Position numbers and translations under genes: made by a program. From assembly GCA_016209105.1 (NCBI GenBank), contig JACQWR010000013.1, positions 30,623 through 94,622 of the forward strand: DNA of 64,000 nt. Direction: 5' to 3'. Of this stretch, positions 9,436 to 18,741 are shown one piece after another. This DNA comes from Deltaproteobacteria bacterium. GTDB lineage: Bacteria > Desulfobacterota > Syntrophia > Syntrophales > JACQWR01. How positions within the stretch are numbered: position 1 is the stretch's first letter; each line of letters starts with the position of its first letter. The notes beneath the pieces were generated by a model that did no database searches, had not been told where the DNA came from, and worked only from the letters and a program-made list of their open reading frames with translations.

Positions 9436-10110
9436 ATGATCGTTGCGGAGAGAAAGCCTATTGATGAAATCAAGGAGATGGTGAAATCGTTCAAGAGAGT
9501 GTTGAATGTTGGTTGTGGAGGGTGTACTTCCATTTGTCATTCTGGTGGTCAAAAGGAAGTTGATCTCTTAAATGAAGAACTAAATAAAGCTTTTGAACTC
9601 GACCATATTCCACTCCAGATCGATAGCTTTACGATTGAGAGGCAATGCAATGCCGATTTTTATCTCCTGTTGGATGAGAAGATGCAATCCTATGACGCTG
9701 TCCTTTCGATGGCGTGCGGCGCCGGGGTCCAATTTCTCTCTGACCGAATTCCTGAAAAACCTGTCTTTCCGGCTTTAAACACTATTTTTGTCGGAGTGGA
9801 TCGTGATCTTGGATGGTTTGAGGAAAACTGCCGTTCCTGTGGAGAATGTGTTCTTGGAAAAACAGGAGGAATATGCCCGGTAACAAGATGTGCCAAGAGT
9901 CTGTTCAACGGACCCTGCGGAGGAACTGCTCATGAAGGTAAATGTGAAGTGAGCAAAGATACCCCCTGTGCCTGGTATGAGATTCATAAACGCTTAAAGC
10001 AACAAAACAGGTTGGAAAACATTCTCCTCATAACACCTGCACGAGAATGGCGAAATCAAACTCGGGGCACTCTGGTTCAGGAAGCGTATAAGGAACGATA
10101 TGCCAAATGA
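9436..10110 (+). CDS. metV: MetV, small Zn/FeS subunit of MetVF-type methylene-THF reductase (MTHFR C-terminal-like domain), copy 1
   Basis: Motifs VGCGGCTSICHSGG, MACGAGVQ, CRSCGECVL and CPVTRCAKSLFNGPCGG. The start was moved from ORF 9322 to ATG 9436, which follows GGAGGGG. The upstream extension overlaps the cytochrome gene. 224 aa against 222 aa for copy 2. Confidence 0.8.
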   Translation: MIVAERKPIDEIKEMVKSFKRVLNVGCGGCTSICHSGGQKEVDLLNEELNKAFELDHIPLQIDSFTIERQCNADFYLLLDEKMQSYDAVLSMACGAGVQFLSDRIPEKPVFPALNTIFVGVDRDLGWFEENCRSCGECVLGKTGGICPVTRCAKSLFNGPCGGTAHEGKCEVSKDTPCAWYEIHKRLKQQNRLENILLITPAREWRNQTRGTLVQEAYKERYAK

Positions 10111-10151
10111 ATAGAGTGGCGCAGAACGTAAGGGAAAAGGTCTGAGTAACG

Positions 10152-11714
10152 ATGTATCAATCCATTATTGAACTGGCGAATGACGGCATACTGGTCTTCA
10201 ATGACCGGCTGCAGGTGGAATATGCAAATCGCGCCATCTCGCAGATCACTGGGTATGACCATGCCAGAATAATGGGAATGAACATTGCCCGGCTCCTCGG
10301 CGACAAAAGCCGAGCGCTGCTGGAAGACATATTTTCCCATCCGGAAACGTACGGCGAAAAGACCTGCACGGAAATTCAGTTTAGCACCGCAGCCGGCAAT
10401 ATCAGATATGCGGAAATCTGCATTGCTCTTTCAATTCCTTCCGACGGCTCCGACAAAGCCAACGCCTATATCCGTGATATAACGGATCAGAAACGGATAG
10501 AGAATGAGCTCCGTGAGGCCAATGAATTTTTTCAGAATCTGATTTCCAGTTCCGTGGACGGGATCATAGCCGCCGATATGAAGGGAAATATCTTTATATT
10601 CAATCAAGCGGCGGAGCAGCTAACGGGTTATTCCGCGGACGAGGTTATCGGCAAAGTGCACATAACACAGCTCTATCCCGAGGGCGTAGCCAGTGATATC
10701 ATGAAGAAACTCCGCAGTTCCAACAATGGGGGTGTCGGTAAATTAAATCCCTCTCAGCTCAATCTGATCAGTAAAACCGGCGAGAAAATTCCCTTTCAGC
10801 TTTCCGCAACATTGATTTATGACGGCACCGGCAGTGAAATTGCAAGCGTGGGGATATTTACCGATTTACGGAAACGCCTCGACATGGAACGCAAGCTTCA
10901 GGAAACGCATATGCAACTCGTCAGTTCCGAGAAGCTCGCATCGTTAGGAAAGCTTGCTGCCGGCATTGCCCACGAGATTAACAATCCTCTCGGCGGGATA
11001 CTTATTTACGCGAGTCTCATGATAGAAGATATTCCCGACGATGACCCCAAACGGCAGGATTTGGTCCGTATCGTTCAGGAAGCGGGCCGTTGCAAGGACA
11101 TCGTGAAAAGTCTTCTTGAGTTTGCGCGCCAGAACGAACCGACGATGGAGCCGGTGGATATCAACCGCGCCATAACCGAAGGGTTATTTTTTCTGGAAAA
11201 CCAGGCTCTTTTTCATAATATCAAGATTGTGAAAAAACTATTGCCGTCACTTCCCTTTGCGCGCGGCAATGCGGGTCAGCTCAAGCAGGTCTTTATGAAT
11301 ATTATCGTCAATGCGGCGGAAGCCATGCACGGTAACGGCACCTTAACGATTTCCACCTCCTTTAATCAGGAACGCAAGCACATAGCCATTGAATTCACCG
11401 ATACCGGCGAAGGCATCCCCGAAGAAAACCTTACCCGGATTTTCGACCCATTTTTTACTACGAAGGAAATCGGCAAGGGAACGGGATTGGGGTTAAGCAC
11501 GTCTTATGGTATCATAGAAGCTCATGGAAGCAAGATAGAGGTGAGAAGCAAAGTGGGTGTCGGCAGTACCTTTGCCATTTTGCTCGCACCGTACCCCGAG
11601 ATACAGCCGATCATCGAAAATTCCTTAAACAATGTGCTCGGCACTCTGGGTAAGCATGACAGGTTTGAGGACGTTAAAGGACACCACGAGCAGACGCAAC
11701 ATCCACCCCTGTGA
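10152..11714 (+). CDS. Cytoplasmic PAS-PAS sensor histidine kinase (paralog 1)
   Basis: Two PAS-like segments, H-box AAGIAHEINNPLGG, N box NIIVNAAEAM, G boxes DTGEGI and GTGLGLS. No transmembrane segments. Confidence 0.85.
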   Translation: MYQSIIELANDGILVFNDRLQVEYANRAISQITGYDHARIMGMNIARLLGDKSRALLEDIFSHPETYGEKTCTEIQFSTAAGNIRYAEICIALSIPSDGSDKANAYIRDITDQKRIENELREANEFFQNLISSSVDGIIAADMKGNIFIFNQAAEQLTGYSADEVIGKVHITQLYPEGVASDIMKKLRSSNNGGVGKLNPSQLNLISKTGEKIPFQLSATLIYDGTGSEIASVGIFTDLRKRLDMERKLQETHMQLVSSEKLASLGKLAAGIAHEINNPLGGILIYASLMIEDIPDDDPKRQDLVRIVQEAGRCKDIVKSLLEFARQNEPTMEPVDINRAITEGLFFLENQALFHNIKIVKKLLPSLPFARGNAGQLKQVFMNIIVNAAEAMHGNGTLTISTSFNQERKHIAIEFTDTGEGIPEENLTRIFDPFFTTKEIGKGTGLGLSTSYGIIEAHGSKIEVRSKVGVGSTFAILLAPYPEIQPIIENSLNNVLGTLGKHDRFEDVKGHHEQTQHPPL

Positions 11715-11722
11715 GGTCATAG

Positions 11723-12286
11723 ATGAACATGAACGAATCAGGAATGCAAACAGGCAGTTCTTTTCTTGAGGAAATAATCAGAGAGAGCAATGTGGATATT
11801 CGGGCATGCTATCAGTGCCAGAAGTGTTCTGCAGGGTGTCCTGTTGTCTCCGCCATGGATATGTATCCCAACCAGGTCATCCGCCAAATTCAGTATGGAC
11901 GGCGTGAAAAGGTGCTCGGCTCAAAAAGTATCTGGGTGTGCGCGTCCTGCCATACCTGCAGTGTCCGCTGTCCCAACGATATTGATTTTGCCAAGGTCAT
12001 GGACACCTTGAGACATATTGCGCTCCGATCAGGCATTATCGCCGGTGAGAAGGACGTGCCTGTTTTTCACATGGTATTTCTGGAGAGCATTAAACGTACG
12101 GGCCGCATCCACGAGTTGTCCCTCATTCTCCGATTCAAATTAAAAACGAGAGATTTCCTCAAGGATGCAGGACTGGGATGGCAGATGTTTCGTCGCGGGA
12201 AAATAAAAATTCTGCCTCAAGTTTATTCCGCTCGAAGGGAGATAAAAGAGCTATTCAACACCTATGAGAAAGGGGCTGCACAGTGA
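11723..12286 (+). CDS. hdrC: Heterodisulfide reductase subunit C-like 4Fe-4S protein
   Basis: CYQCQKCSAGCPV and CASCHTCSVRCPNDID. Its stop overlaps the hdrB start (GTGA). Confidence 0.85.
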   Translation: MNMNESGMQTGSSFLEEIIRESNVDIRACYQCQKCSAGCPVVSAMDMYPNQVIRQIQYGRREKVLGSKSIWVCASCHTCSVRCPNDIDFAKVMDTLRHIALRSGIIAGEKDVPVFHMVFLESIKRTGRIHELSLILRFKLKTRDFLKDAGLGWQMFRRGKIKILPQVYSARREIKELFNTYEKGAAQ

Positions 12287-13134
12287 AAGAAGCAACCTAC
12301 TATCCCGGGTGCTCCCTCCACGGGACAGCCCGCGAATATGACGAATCATTCCGGGGGGTATCGAAACTGCTGGAGGTGAATCTTCACGAATTGGAGGATT
12401 GGACCTGCTGCGGCTCCACCTCCGCGCACTGCACCGACGAGGCATTGTCCGTTGCGCTCCCGGTTCGGAATTTAAATCTTGCCGGGAAATATGACCGGGA
12501 GATGATCGTGCCCTGCGTGGCATGTTACAGTCGCTTTAAAGCCGCCCAACAGGGTGCAAAGGAACACCCGGAATATCTCCCTACTCCTTATGAAGAAAAA
12601 GTTGCCGTCCACTACGCGCTTGACTTTTTTTGTGATTCCTCCATGATTGAAGCGCTGAAAACGAAAACGGCAAAGCCGCTTTCCGGCCTGAAGGTTGCCT
12701 GCTACTACGGCTGCCTTGCCGTCCGGCCTCCCGACCTGACCGGCGTGAAGCAGTATGAAAATCCTGATCATATGGATCGTCTGATGGAGATACTGGGCGC
12801 CGAAGCGGTGCCTTGGTCATACAAAACCGATTGCTGCGGTGCGAGTCTTGTCATGACACGGACCGACATTGTGATCACCCTTAGTCAAAAAATCCTCTCT
12901 ATGGCGCTGGAAGCGGGCGCTGATTGCATCGTAACGGGCTGTACCATGTGTCATGCCAATCTCGATACGCGACAGGCCAGCCTTTCCGATGCTTCAGGCA
13001 ACAAAAATAAAATTCCCGTCTTTTATTTTACTGAACTTATGGGTTTGGCAATGGGGCATCGGGAAGTGAAAAAGTGGCTCAGTCGCCACGTTACTGATCC
13101 GATTAAGCTCCTTTCAAGCAAAGGATTGCTGTAA
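12283..13134 (+). CDS. hdrB: Heterodisulfide reductase subunit B-like protein (two CCG domains)
   Basis: WTCCGSTSAH and KTDCCGASL CCG motifs. YYPGCSLHG N-terminus. GTG start coupled to hdrC. Confidence 0.85.
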   Translation: MKEATYYPGCSLHGTAREYDESFRGVSKLLEVNLHELEDWTCCGSTSAHCTDEALSVALPVRNLNLAGKYDREMIVPCVACYSRFKAAQQGAKEHPEYLPTPYEEKVAVHYALDFFCDSSMIEALKTKTAKPLSGLKVACYYGCLAVRPPDLTGVKQYENPDHMDRLMEILGAEAVPWSYKTDCCGASLVMTRTDIVITLSQKILSMALEAGADCIVTGCTMCHANLDTRQASLSDASGNKNKIPVFYFTELMGLAMGHREVKKWLSRHVTDPIKLLSSKGLL

Positions 13135-13314
13135 AATAAGAGATCTCTTCTCATGAGCAGAAATCGAGCTTTATGCGGACGTGTCAAGCCGGATGGTGAA
13201 CGTGCTGCGTAACCCCGCTCTGATTTTTGAAAAATGATATCCGCATTATACATCACCAAGATTTAGCTATACGACGACATTGTAAGCAACATCTGAGGCG
13301 CATTTTTTCGCCGT

Positions 13315-13335
13315 CGCCCCTATTAAACGGGGGCG
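13315..13335 (+). terminator. Candidate intrinsic terminator / hairpin after hdrB
   Basis: Stem CGCCCC (13315-13320) pairs with GGGGCG (13330-13335), followed by CGTTTCTTT. A second hairpin is TGAGCCC (13344-13350) with GGGCTCA (13363-13369). The T-tract is imperfect. Confidence 0.3.
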
Positions 13336-13448
13336 CGTTTCTTTGAGCCCCGCTTGGTAGACGGGCTCAATGGCGCAAGAGAAGCAATGATATCCTCACA
13401 GGGAAGCTTTGCCCTCAAGGGAGGGGAGCTTCATAAAAGGAAACGGGT

Positions 13449-16400
13449 ATGGATGTGAAAGTCGGGGCAGTGATGGTTGTGGGCGGAGGGATAGCCGGCA
13501 TTCAGGCTTCCCTCGATCTGGCGGAATCCGGTTACTACGTTTATCTCATCGAATCTTCCCCTGCCATTGGCGGCCGCATGGCGCAGTTGGACAAGACGTT
13601 TCCGACGAACGATTGCGCCATGTGTATCGTATCTCCGAAGTTGGTAGAGGCGGGTCGTCATTTAAACATCGAGATTCTCACCAATTCCGAATTAATTTCC
13701 TTAGGAGGAGAGCCGGGCCGCTTTACGGCGCGCGTGCGTCGTGCACCCCGTTATGTGGATACGGCGAAATGTACGGGTTGCGCCGATTGCGTAGCGGTAT
13801 GCCCGGTCGGGTTATCGAACGAATTTAATGAGGGATTGGATGAGCGGAAGGCAATCTATCGTCCCTATCCACAGGCGGTTCCCAATTCATTTTTGGTGAC
13901 GAAGCGCGGGACGAGTCCCTGCAAGGCTGCGTGCCCTGCGGAGACGAGCGCCCAGGGGTACGTTGCGTTGATCCAGGCCGGTCACTACGAGGAGGCGCTG
14001 GAGGTAATACGGGAATACAATCCCTTTCCCGCTTCGGTGGGGAGGGTATGCACGCATCCCTGTGAGAGGGAATGCAGTCGCGGGAAGGTTGATGCGCCGG
14101 TATCAATATGCGCTTTGAAGCGGTTTACCGCGGACTGGGTGTACGAGCACGGCAGCTCATTGAACAAGGCGGCAGGTGTCGGCGACGGCATTTCGGGGAG
14201 GCCCGAGGCAAAGGTGGCGGTAGTTGGTTCCGGACCCGCCGGTTTGAGTTGCGCGCATCATCTGGTTCGAATGGGGTACGGGGCAGTGGTATTCGAGTCA
14301 TTGCCGGTTGCTGGCGGCATGATGCGGGTAGGGATACCGGCATACCGTTTACCGCGAGAGGTGTTGCAGCGGGAGATTGATGTCATCGTTTCCGAGGGCG
14401 TGGAGATACGCCTGAACAGCCCCGTTCGGGACATAAACGGGTTATTTGCTGAGGGATACAGCGCGGTATTTTTGGCAATAGGCGCGCATGAGCCGCAACG
14501 TTTGGGCATCGAGGGAGAGGATGCGATCGGGGTATATCACGGCGTTCCTTTTTTACAGTCGGTGAGCTTGGGCGGTAAGGGGGGGACATTGCCCACCGTG
14601 GGCGATCGGGTGGTGGTCGTCGGAGGCGGCAACACGGCGGTGGATGCGGCGCGCACCTCACTTCGTTTGGGAGCCCGCGAGGTGGTGATGCTCTATCGTC
14701 GTTCCCGGGAGGAGATGCCGGCGAGCGGCTGGGAGATAGAACAGGCCGAGCAGGAGGGCGTCAAACTGGAATTGCTGACAGCTCCCGTGGCGGTAGAGGT
14801 AAAGGAGGGCCGGGTCGTCGGGGTAACGTGTCAGCGCATGGAGTTGGGCGAGCCTGACGAGAGCGGGCGCAGGCGTCCCGTGCCGGTGGCTGGTTCGGAA
14901 TTTTCCATTGGAGCGGACACGATGATCGCAGCGGTCGCGCAGGCGCCTGAGATATCGTTTTTGGATTCATCCCACGGTTTGGAGGTAAGTTCCCGTGGCA
15001 CCTTTGTGGTTGATCAAAAGACGCTGGCCACGAAGCGTGCGGGTGTTTTTGCCGGGGGCGATGTCCATCGCGGCCCGGGGATACTGATCGAGGCAATCGC
15101 GGATGGCAGGCGAGGCGCCCTTTCCATTGATCGCTATTTGAGAGGGGTTGATCTCCTCACCGCTCGTGAGGAGGTTCCCCTGCCGGTAGTCGCACTTACG
15201 GACGATGAGATAGACCATATCATTGAGGCGGGGAAGGTGGATTTATCTTCGCGGGTGTCCGTGGCCACGGCGCCGATTTCGGAACGCGTGCAAGATTTCC
15301 GCGAGGTGGAACTCTCATTGACGGAGGAGGAAGCAAAGCGTGAAGCTGCGCGTTGTCTTGAATGCGGGATCTGTTCGGAGTGCCATTTGTGTGTTCGGGT
15401 TTGCAAGGCAGGTGCGATAGATCACCAGGAGGCGGCTCGTGAGGATGAACTTCTGGTGGGGTCGGTGATTTTGGCGCCGGGGTATTCCTTATATGATCCC
15501 GGGTTGTCGCCGGAGTTGGGGTACGGCCGCTACGCGAACGTGGTGACGAGCATGGAGTTCGAGCGGATCCTCTCCGCCTCCGGACCTTTTGCGGGTCATG
15601 TGACCCGACCTTCGGATCATCGGGAGCCGAAGAAGATCGCCTTTTTGCAGTGCGTCGGCTCCCGGAACAAGGACAATGACTACTGCAGCTCGGTGTGCTG
15701 CATGTACGCCACAAAGGAAGCGGTTATTCTGAAAGAGCACCTGCCCGCTGCGGAGCCCACCATCTTCTATATGGACATCCGCGCCCAGGGAAAAGATTTT
15801 GATCTTTATTACGAACGGGCAAAAAAGGATTACGGCGTCCGTTACGTCCATTCCCATATCTCCCGCATCGCGGAGAAACCGGCGAGCGGTAATCTTCTGA
15901 TCAGGTATATAGATGCCGAGAAGGGGATACAGGAAGAAGAGTTCGACATGGCGGTTCTTTCCGTGGGCATGAAACCGGCGCCGCAGGCGCGGGAGCTTGC
16001 CGGGAGGCTCGGCGTCTCCCTCGACGGGAACGGGTTCTGCCTCTCCGATGGCTTTTCACCGCTCAACACCTCGGTGCCGGGCGTCTTTGCCTGCGGGGTA
16101 TTTCAAGGTCCCAAGGATATTCCGGAAACGGTCGTTCAGGCAGGCGCTGCGGCCGAGGCCGCTTCTGCCTTCCTTGCCGAGGCGAGAGGAACCCTCACGA
16201 GAAAGAAAGAGTATCCACCGGAGCGCGATGTAACCGCCCAGGAGGCCCGTATCGGCGTCTTCGTATGCCATTGCGGGATCAACATTGGGGGCATTGTCAA
16301 CGTTCCGGAGGTGAAGGAGTATGCACGAACGCTTCCCAACGTGTTCCATGTTGACGAGAACCTCTACACCTGTTCTCAGGACACGCAGGAGAAGATCAAG

Positions 16401-17927
16401 AAGGCCGTAGATGAATACCATTTAAATCGCGTCGTGGTGGCTTCCTGTTCGCCCCGCACCCATGAACCGCTCTTTCGGGAAACCATCCGGGAGATTGGCC
16501 TGAATAAATATCTTTTCGAGATGGCGAACATCCGCGATCAGTGTTCCTGGGTGCACATGAAACTTCCCCTCGAGGCCACTCAGAAGGCAAAAGAGTTGCT
16601 CAGCATGACGGTGGCAAAAGCCCGCTTGATCAGGGCGCTGGACGAGCCGCTTATGGAAATTAACAAGAAAGCCCTCGTCATCGGCGGCGGCCTGGCGGGA
16701 ATGAAGGCGGCTCTCGGTCTGGCGGAACAGGGTTTTGCCTCCGTCCTGGTGGAGCGGGAGAAAGAGCTTGGGGGAAACCTACGCCATATTTATCATACCC
16801 TGGAAGGAAAGGACGTTCAGCAATTTCTCGAGAGTTCCGTCCGGGAAGTTTTATCCAATCCCCTGATAGAAGTTGTAACGGACGCAGAGATAAAGAGCAT
16901 CAACGGCTACCTGGGCAACTTCCACACGGCGATATCGGCGGGAGGCAGCGAACGGGAATATGAACATGGGGTCGTGATCGTTTCTGTAGGAGCGCAGGAA
17001 AGCCGCCCGTCCGAATATCTCTATGGAAAGGACAACCGCGTCGTCACGCAGAGCGAACTGGAAGAGCGGATTGCCCGCCGGCCTGAAGAAGTAAAGACCT
17101 ATCGAAATATTGTGATGATCCAGTGCGTCGGTTCCCGCATTCCCGAACGACCCAATTGCAGTCGCATCTGTTGTTCCGTGGCGGTGAAAAACGCCCTCGC
17201 GCTCAAGGAGATTTCCCCTGATGCGAATATAACCGTCATCTACCGGGATATGCGCACCTATGGGCTCATGGAGCAGTATTACACGCTGGCTCGAAAAAAA
17301 GGCGTCACCTTTATCCCCTACGACGTGGAGGCAAAGCCGGAACTGAGTGCCGCCGGGGGTGATCTGAATCTGAGCGTGCGGGACAGGATGGTGAACGAGG
17401 AACAGCTCATCACCCCCGATCTTGTCGTGCTCTCCAGTGCGGTTGTGCCCTATGAGAATGACACTTTGGCAAAGATGCTGAAGGTGCCTCTGACGGCAGA
17501 TAAATTCTTCCTCGAAGCGCATATGAAACTGCGGCCGGTGGATTTTGCCACCGATGGCGTATTTCTTGCCGGCATGGCGCACTTCCCCAAGACCATCAGC
17601 GAGACAATAGCGCAGGCAGGAGCGGCCGTGTCGCGGGCTACCGCTGCCATCGCCAAAGGCTTTGTAAGCGTCCTTCCCACGATCTCCTGCGTAGACCAGA
17701 GCCGTTGCGTCGGCTGCGGCCTTTGCGAATCCCTCTGTCCGTTCAATGCCATCCGGGTGGGCGAGACGGAAAAAGGGAAGAAGGCCGAGACGATTGCGGC
17801 ATCGTGCAAAGGCTGCGGCATCTGCGCTGCCAGTTGCCCCCAGAAGGCAGCCGCTATACATCATTTTACGGACGAAGAGTTATACGCTCAAATAGAGGCA
17901 TTGAAAGATATCGCGGTAATGCAGTGA
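13449..17927 (+). CDS. Giant HdrA-class flavoprotein with inserted NfnB/GltD-like NAD(P)H oxidoreductase module and a second HdrA-like half (HdrL-type), copy 1
   Basis: 1492 aa.
- HdrA start: VVGGGIAGIQASLDLA, FPTNDCAMCI, CTGCADCVAVCP.
- GltD/NfnB-like part: SPCKAACPAETSAQGY, VAVVGSGPAGLSCAHHL, VVVVGGGNTAVDAART, GVFAGGDV.
- Then CLECGICSECHLCVRVC.
- Second half: GVFVCHCGINIGG, ALVIGGGLAGMKAAL.
- C-terminal 2x4Fe-4S: CVGCGLCESLCP, CKGCGICAASCP. Confidence 0.85.
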   Translation: MDVKVGAVMVVGGGIAGIQASLDLAESGYYVYLIESSPAIGGRMAQLDKTFPTNDCAMCIVSPKLVEAGRHLNIEILTNSELISLGGEPGRFTARVRRAPRYVDTAKCTGCADCVAVCPVGLSNEFNEGLDERKAIYRPYPQAVPNSFLVTKRGTSPCKAACPAETSAQGYVALIQAGHYEEALEVIREYNPFPASVGRVCTHPCERECSRGKVDAPVSICALKRFTADWVYEHGSSLNKAAGVGDGISGRPEAKVAVVGSGPAGLSCAHHLVRMGYGAVVFESLPVAGGMMRVGIPAYRLPREVLQREIDVIVSEGVEIRLNSPVRDINGLFAEGYSAVFLAIGAHEPQRLGIEGEDAIGVYHGVPFLQSVSLGGKGGTLPTVGDRVVVVGGGNTAVDAARTSLRLGAREVVMLYRRSREEMPASGWEIEQAEQEGVKLELLTAPVAVEVKEGRVVGVTCQRMELGEPDESGRRRPVPVAGSEFSIGADTMIAAVAQAPEISFLDSSHGLEVSSRGTFVVDQKTLATKRAGVFAGGDVHRGPGILIEAIADGRRGALSIDRYLRGVDLLTAREEVPLPVVALTDDEIDHIIEAGKVDLSSRVSVATAPISERVQDFREVELSLTEEEAKREAARCLECGICSECHLCVRVCKAGAIDHQEAAREDELLVGSVILAPGYSLYDPGLSPELGYGRYANVVTSMEFERILSASGPFAGHVTRPSDHREPKKIAFLQCVGSRNKDNDYCSSVCCMYATKEAVILKEHLPAAEPTIFYMDIRAQGKDFDLYYERAKKDYGVRYVHSHISRIAEKPASGNLLIRYIDAEKGIQEEEFDMAVLSVGMKPAPQARELAGRLGVSLDGNGFCLSDGFSPLNTSVPGVFACGVFQGPKDIPETVVQAGAAAEAASAFLAEARGTLTRKKEYPPERDVTAQEARIGVFVCHCGINIGGIVNVPEVKEYARTLPNVFHVDENLYTCSQDTQEKIKKAVDEYHLNRVVVASCSPRTHEPLFRETIREIGLNKYLFEMANIRDQCSWVHMKLPLEATQKAKELLSMTVAKARLIRALDEPLMEINKKALVIGGGLAGMKAALGLAEQGFASVLVEREKELGGNLRHIYHTLEGKDVQQFLESSVREVLSNPLIEVVTDAEIKSINGYLGNFHTAISAGGSEREYEHGVVIVSVGAQESRPSEYLYGKDNRVVTQSELEERIARRPEEVKTYRNIVMIQCVGSRIPERPNCSRICCSVAVKNALALKEISPDANITVIYRDMRTYGLMEQYYTLARKKGVTFIPYDVEAKPELSAAGGDLNLSVRDRMVNEEQLITPDLVVLSSAVVPYENDTLAKMLKVPLTADKFFLEAHMKLRPVDFATDGVFLAGMAHFPKTISETIAQAGAAVSRATAAIAKGFVSVLPTISCVDQSRCVGCGLCESLCPFNAIRVGETEKGKKAETIAASCKGCGICAASCPQKAAAIHHFTDEELYAQIEALKDIAVMQ
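13480..15720 (+). repeat. Dispersed repeat, copy A (5' ~2.2 kb of HdrL-type gene 1), highly similar to 30780-33040
   Basis: Line-by-line comparison gives 55/60 identical nt for 13561-13620 vs 30871-30930 and again for 13621-13680 vs 30931-30990. An 82-nt stretch has one mismatch. Boundaries are approximate. Confidence 0.75.
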
Positions 17928-17968
17928 ATAGTTAGTAGTGAATAGTTCATTGAACACAGGGTGCAACC

Positions 17969-18724
17969 ATGAGTTTTGAGCCGAAGATATTGACGTTCCT
18001 GTGCAACTGGTGCGCATATGCCGGCGCCGATCTTGCCGGCATTTCCCGCTTCCAGTATCAGCCGAACACCCGCGTCATACGGGTGATGTGTTCCGGCCGG
18101 ATTGACCCGGTGTTTATCCCCCGCGCTTTTCTTGCCGGCTTTGACGGGGTCATGATTCTCGGCTGCCATCCCGGCGATTGCCACTACTTGAGCGGCAACA
18201 TCCAGGCGGAACGCAAGATAAACCTTCTCAAGAAACTCCTGACCGACGAAGGGGTAGGCAGCGAGAGGCTCCTTCTGGACTGGGTTTCTGCCGGTGAAGC
18301 GCAACGGTTCGCCCTGCTTGTCAACCAGTTTACGGAGCAGATACGGGCTTGCGGACCGCTGCCTCAGGCAAAAGATTTTGAAGAGCGGCTGCGGGCTGTC
18401 GCCGCATCGCTTGAAGGAGAAAAGATCCGCTGGATGGCGGGCAAGGGGCCCGAACTCCTGGAGAAGGAAAACGTGTACGGCGAGCGCGTTGATCCGGAAA
18501 AGATCAATGCGGTTATGGAAAGTACCGTCAGAGAGGAGTTGGCGAAGAACCGCATCCTTATTCTGCTCGAAACGACCCCCCTCACGGCTAAAGAAATCAG
18601 TATGAAACTTGAGCTTCCCCTGAAGCAAACACTCTCCTATACCGTTTCTCTGGTCGGCGAGGGCAGGATCGGGTTCGATCCCTCAGAGGAAACTCATTAT
18701 CCGCGCTATGTAAGGAGTGCGTAA
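17969..18724 (+). CDS. mvhD: MvhD/FlpD-like protein fused to a C-terminal winged-helix-like domain (Cys form)
   Basis: The N-terminal 130 aa carry the MvhD motifs LCNWCAYAGADLAG, VMCSGRIDP and GCHPGDCHY. The C-terminal ~110 aa include NRILILLETTPLTAKEISMKLELPLKQTLSYTVSLVGEGRI, which resembles an ArsR/TrmB-type wHTH. Confidence 0.82.
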   Translation: MSFEPKILTFLCNWCAYAGADLAGISRFQYQPNTRVIRVMCSGRIDPVFIPRAFLAGFDGVMILGCHPGDCHYLSGNIQAERKINLLKKLLTDEGVGSERLLLDWVSAGEAQRFALLVNQFTEQIRACGPLPQAKDFEERLRAVAASLEGEKIRWMAGKGPELLEKENVYGERVDPEKINAVMESTVREELAKNRILILLETTPLTAKEISMKLELPLKQTLSYTVSLVGEGRIGFDPSEETHYPRYVRSA

Positions 18725-18741
18725 AAGTTAATGAGGAAAGA

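Noticed and set aside
13135-13448. The 313-nt intergenic region before HdrL-type gene 1, examined for a promoter (TTGAAA at 13227-13232), a riboswitch or a small ORF (13409..13828 overlapping frame).
   Set aside because: - No -10 element lies at acceptable spacing from TTGAAA.
- No recognisable riboswitch motif is present.
- The 139-aa ORF overlaps hdrL out of frame with Arg/Gly-rich junk sequence.
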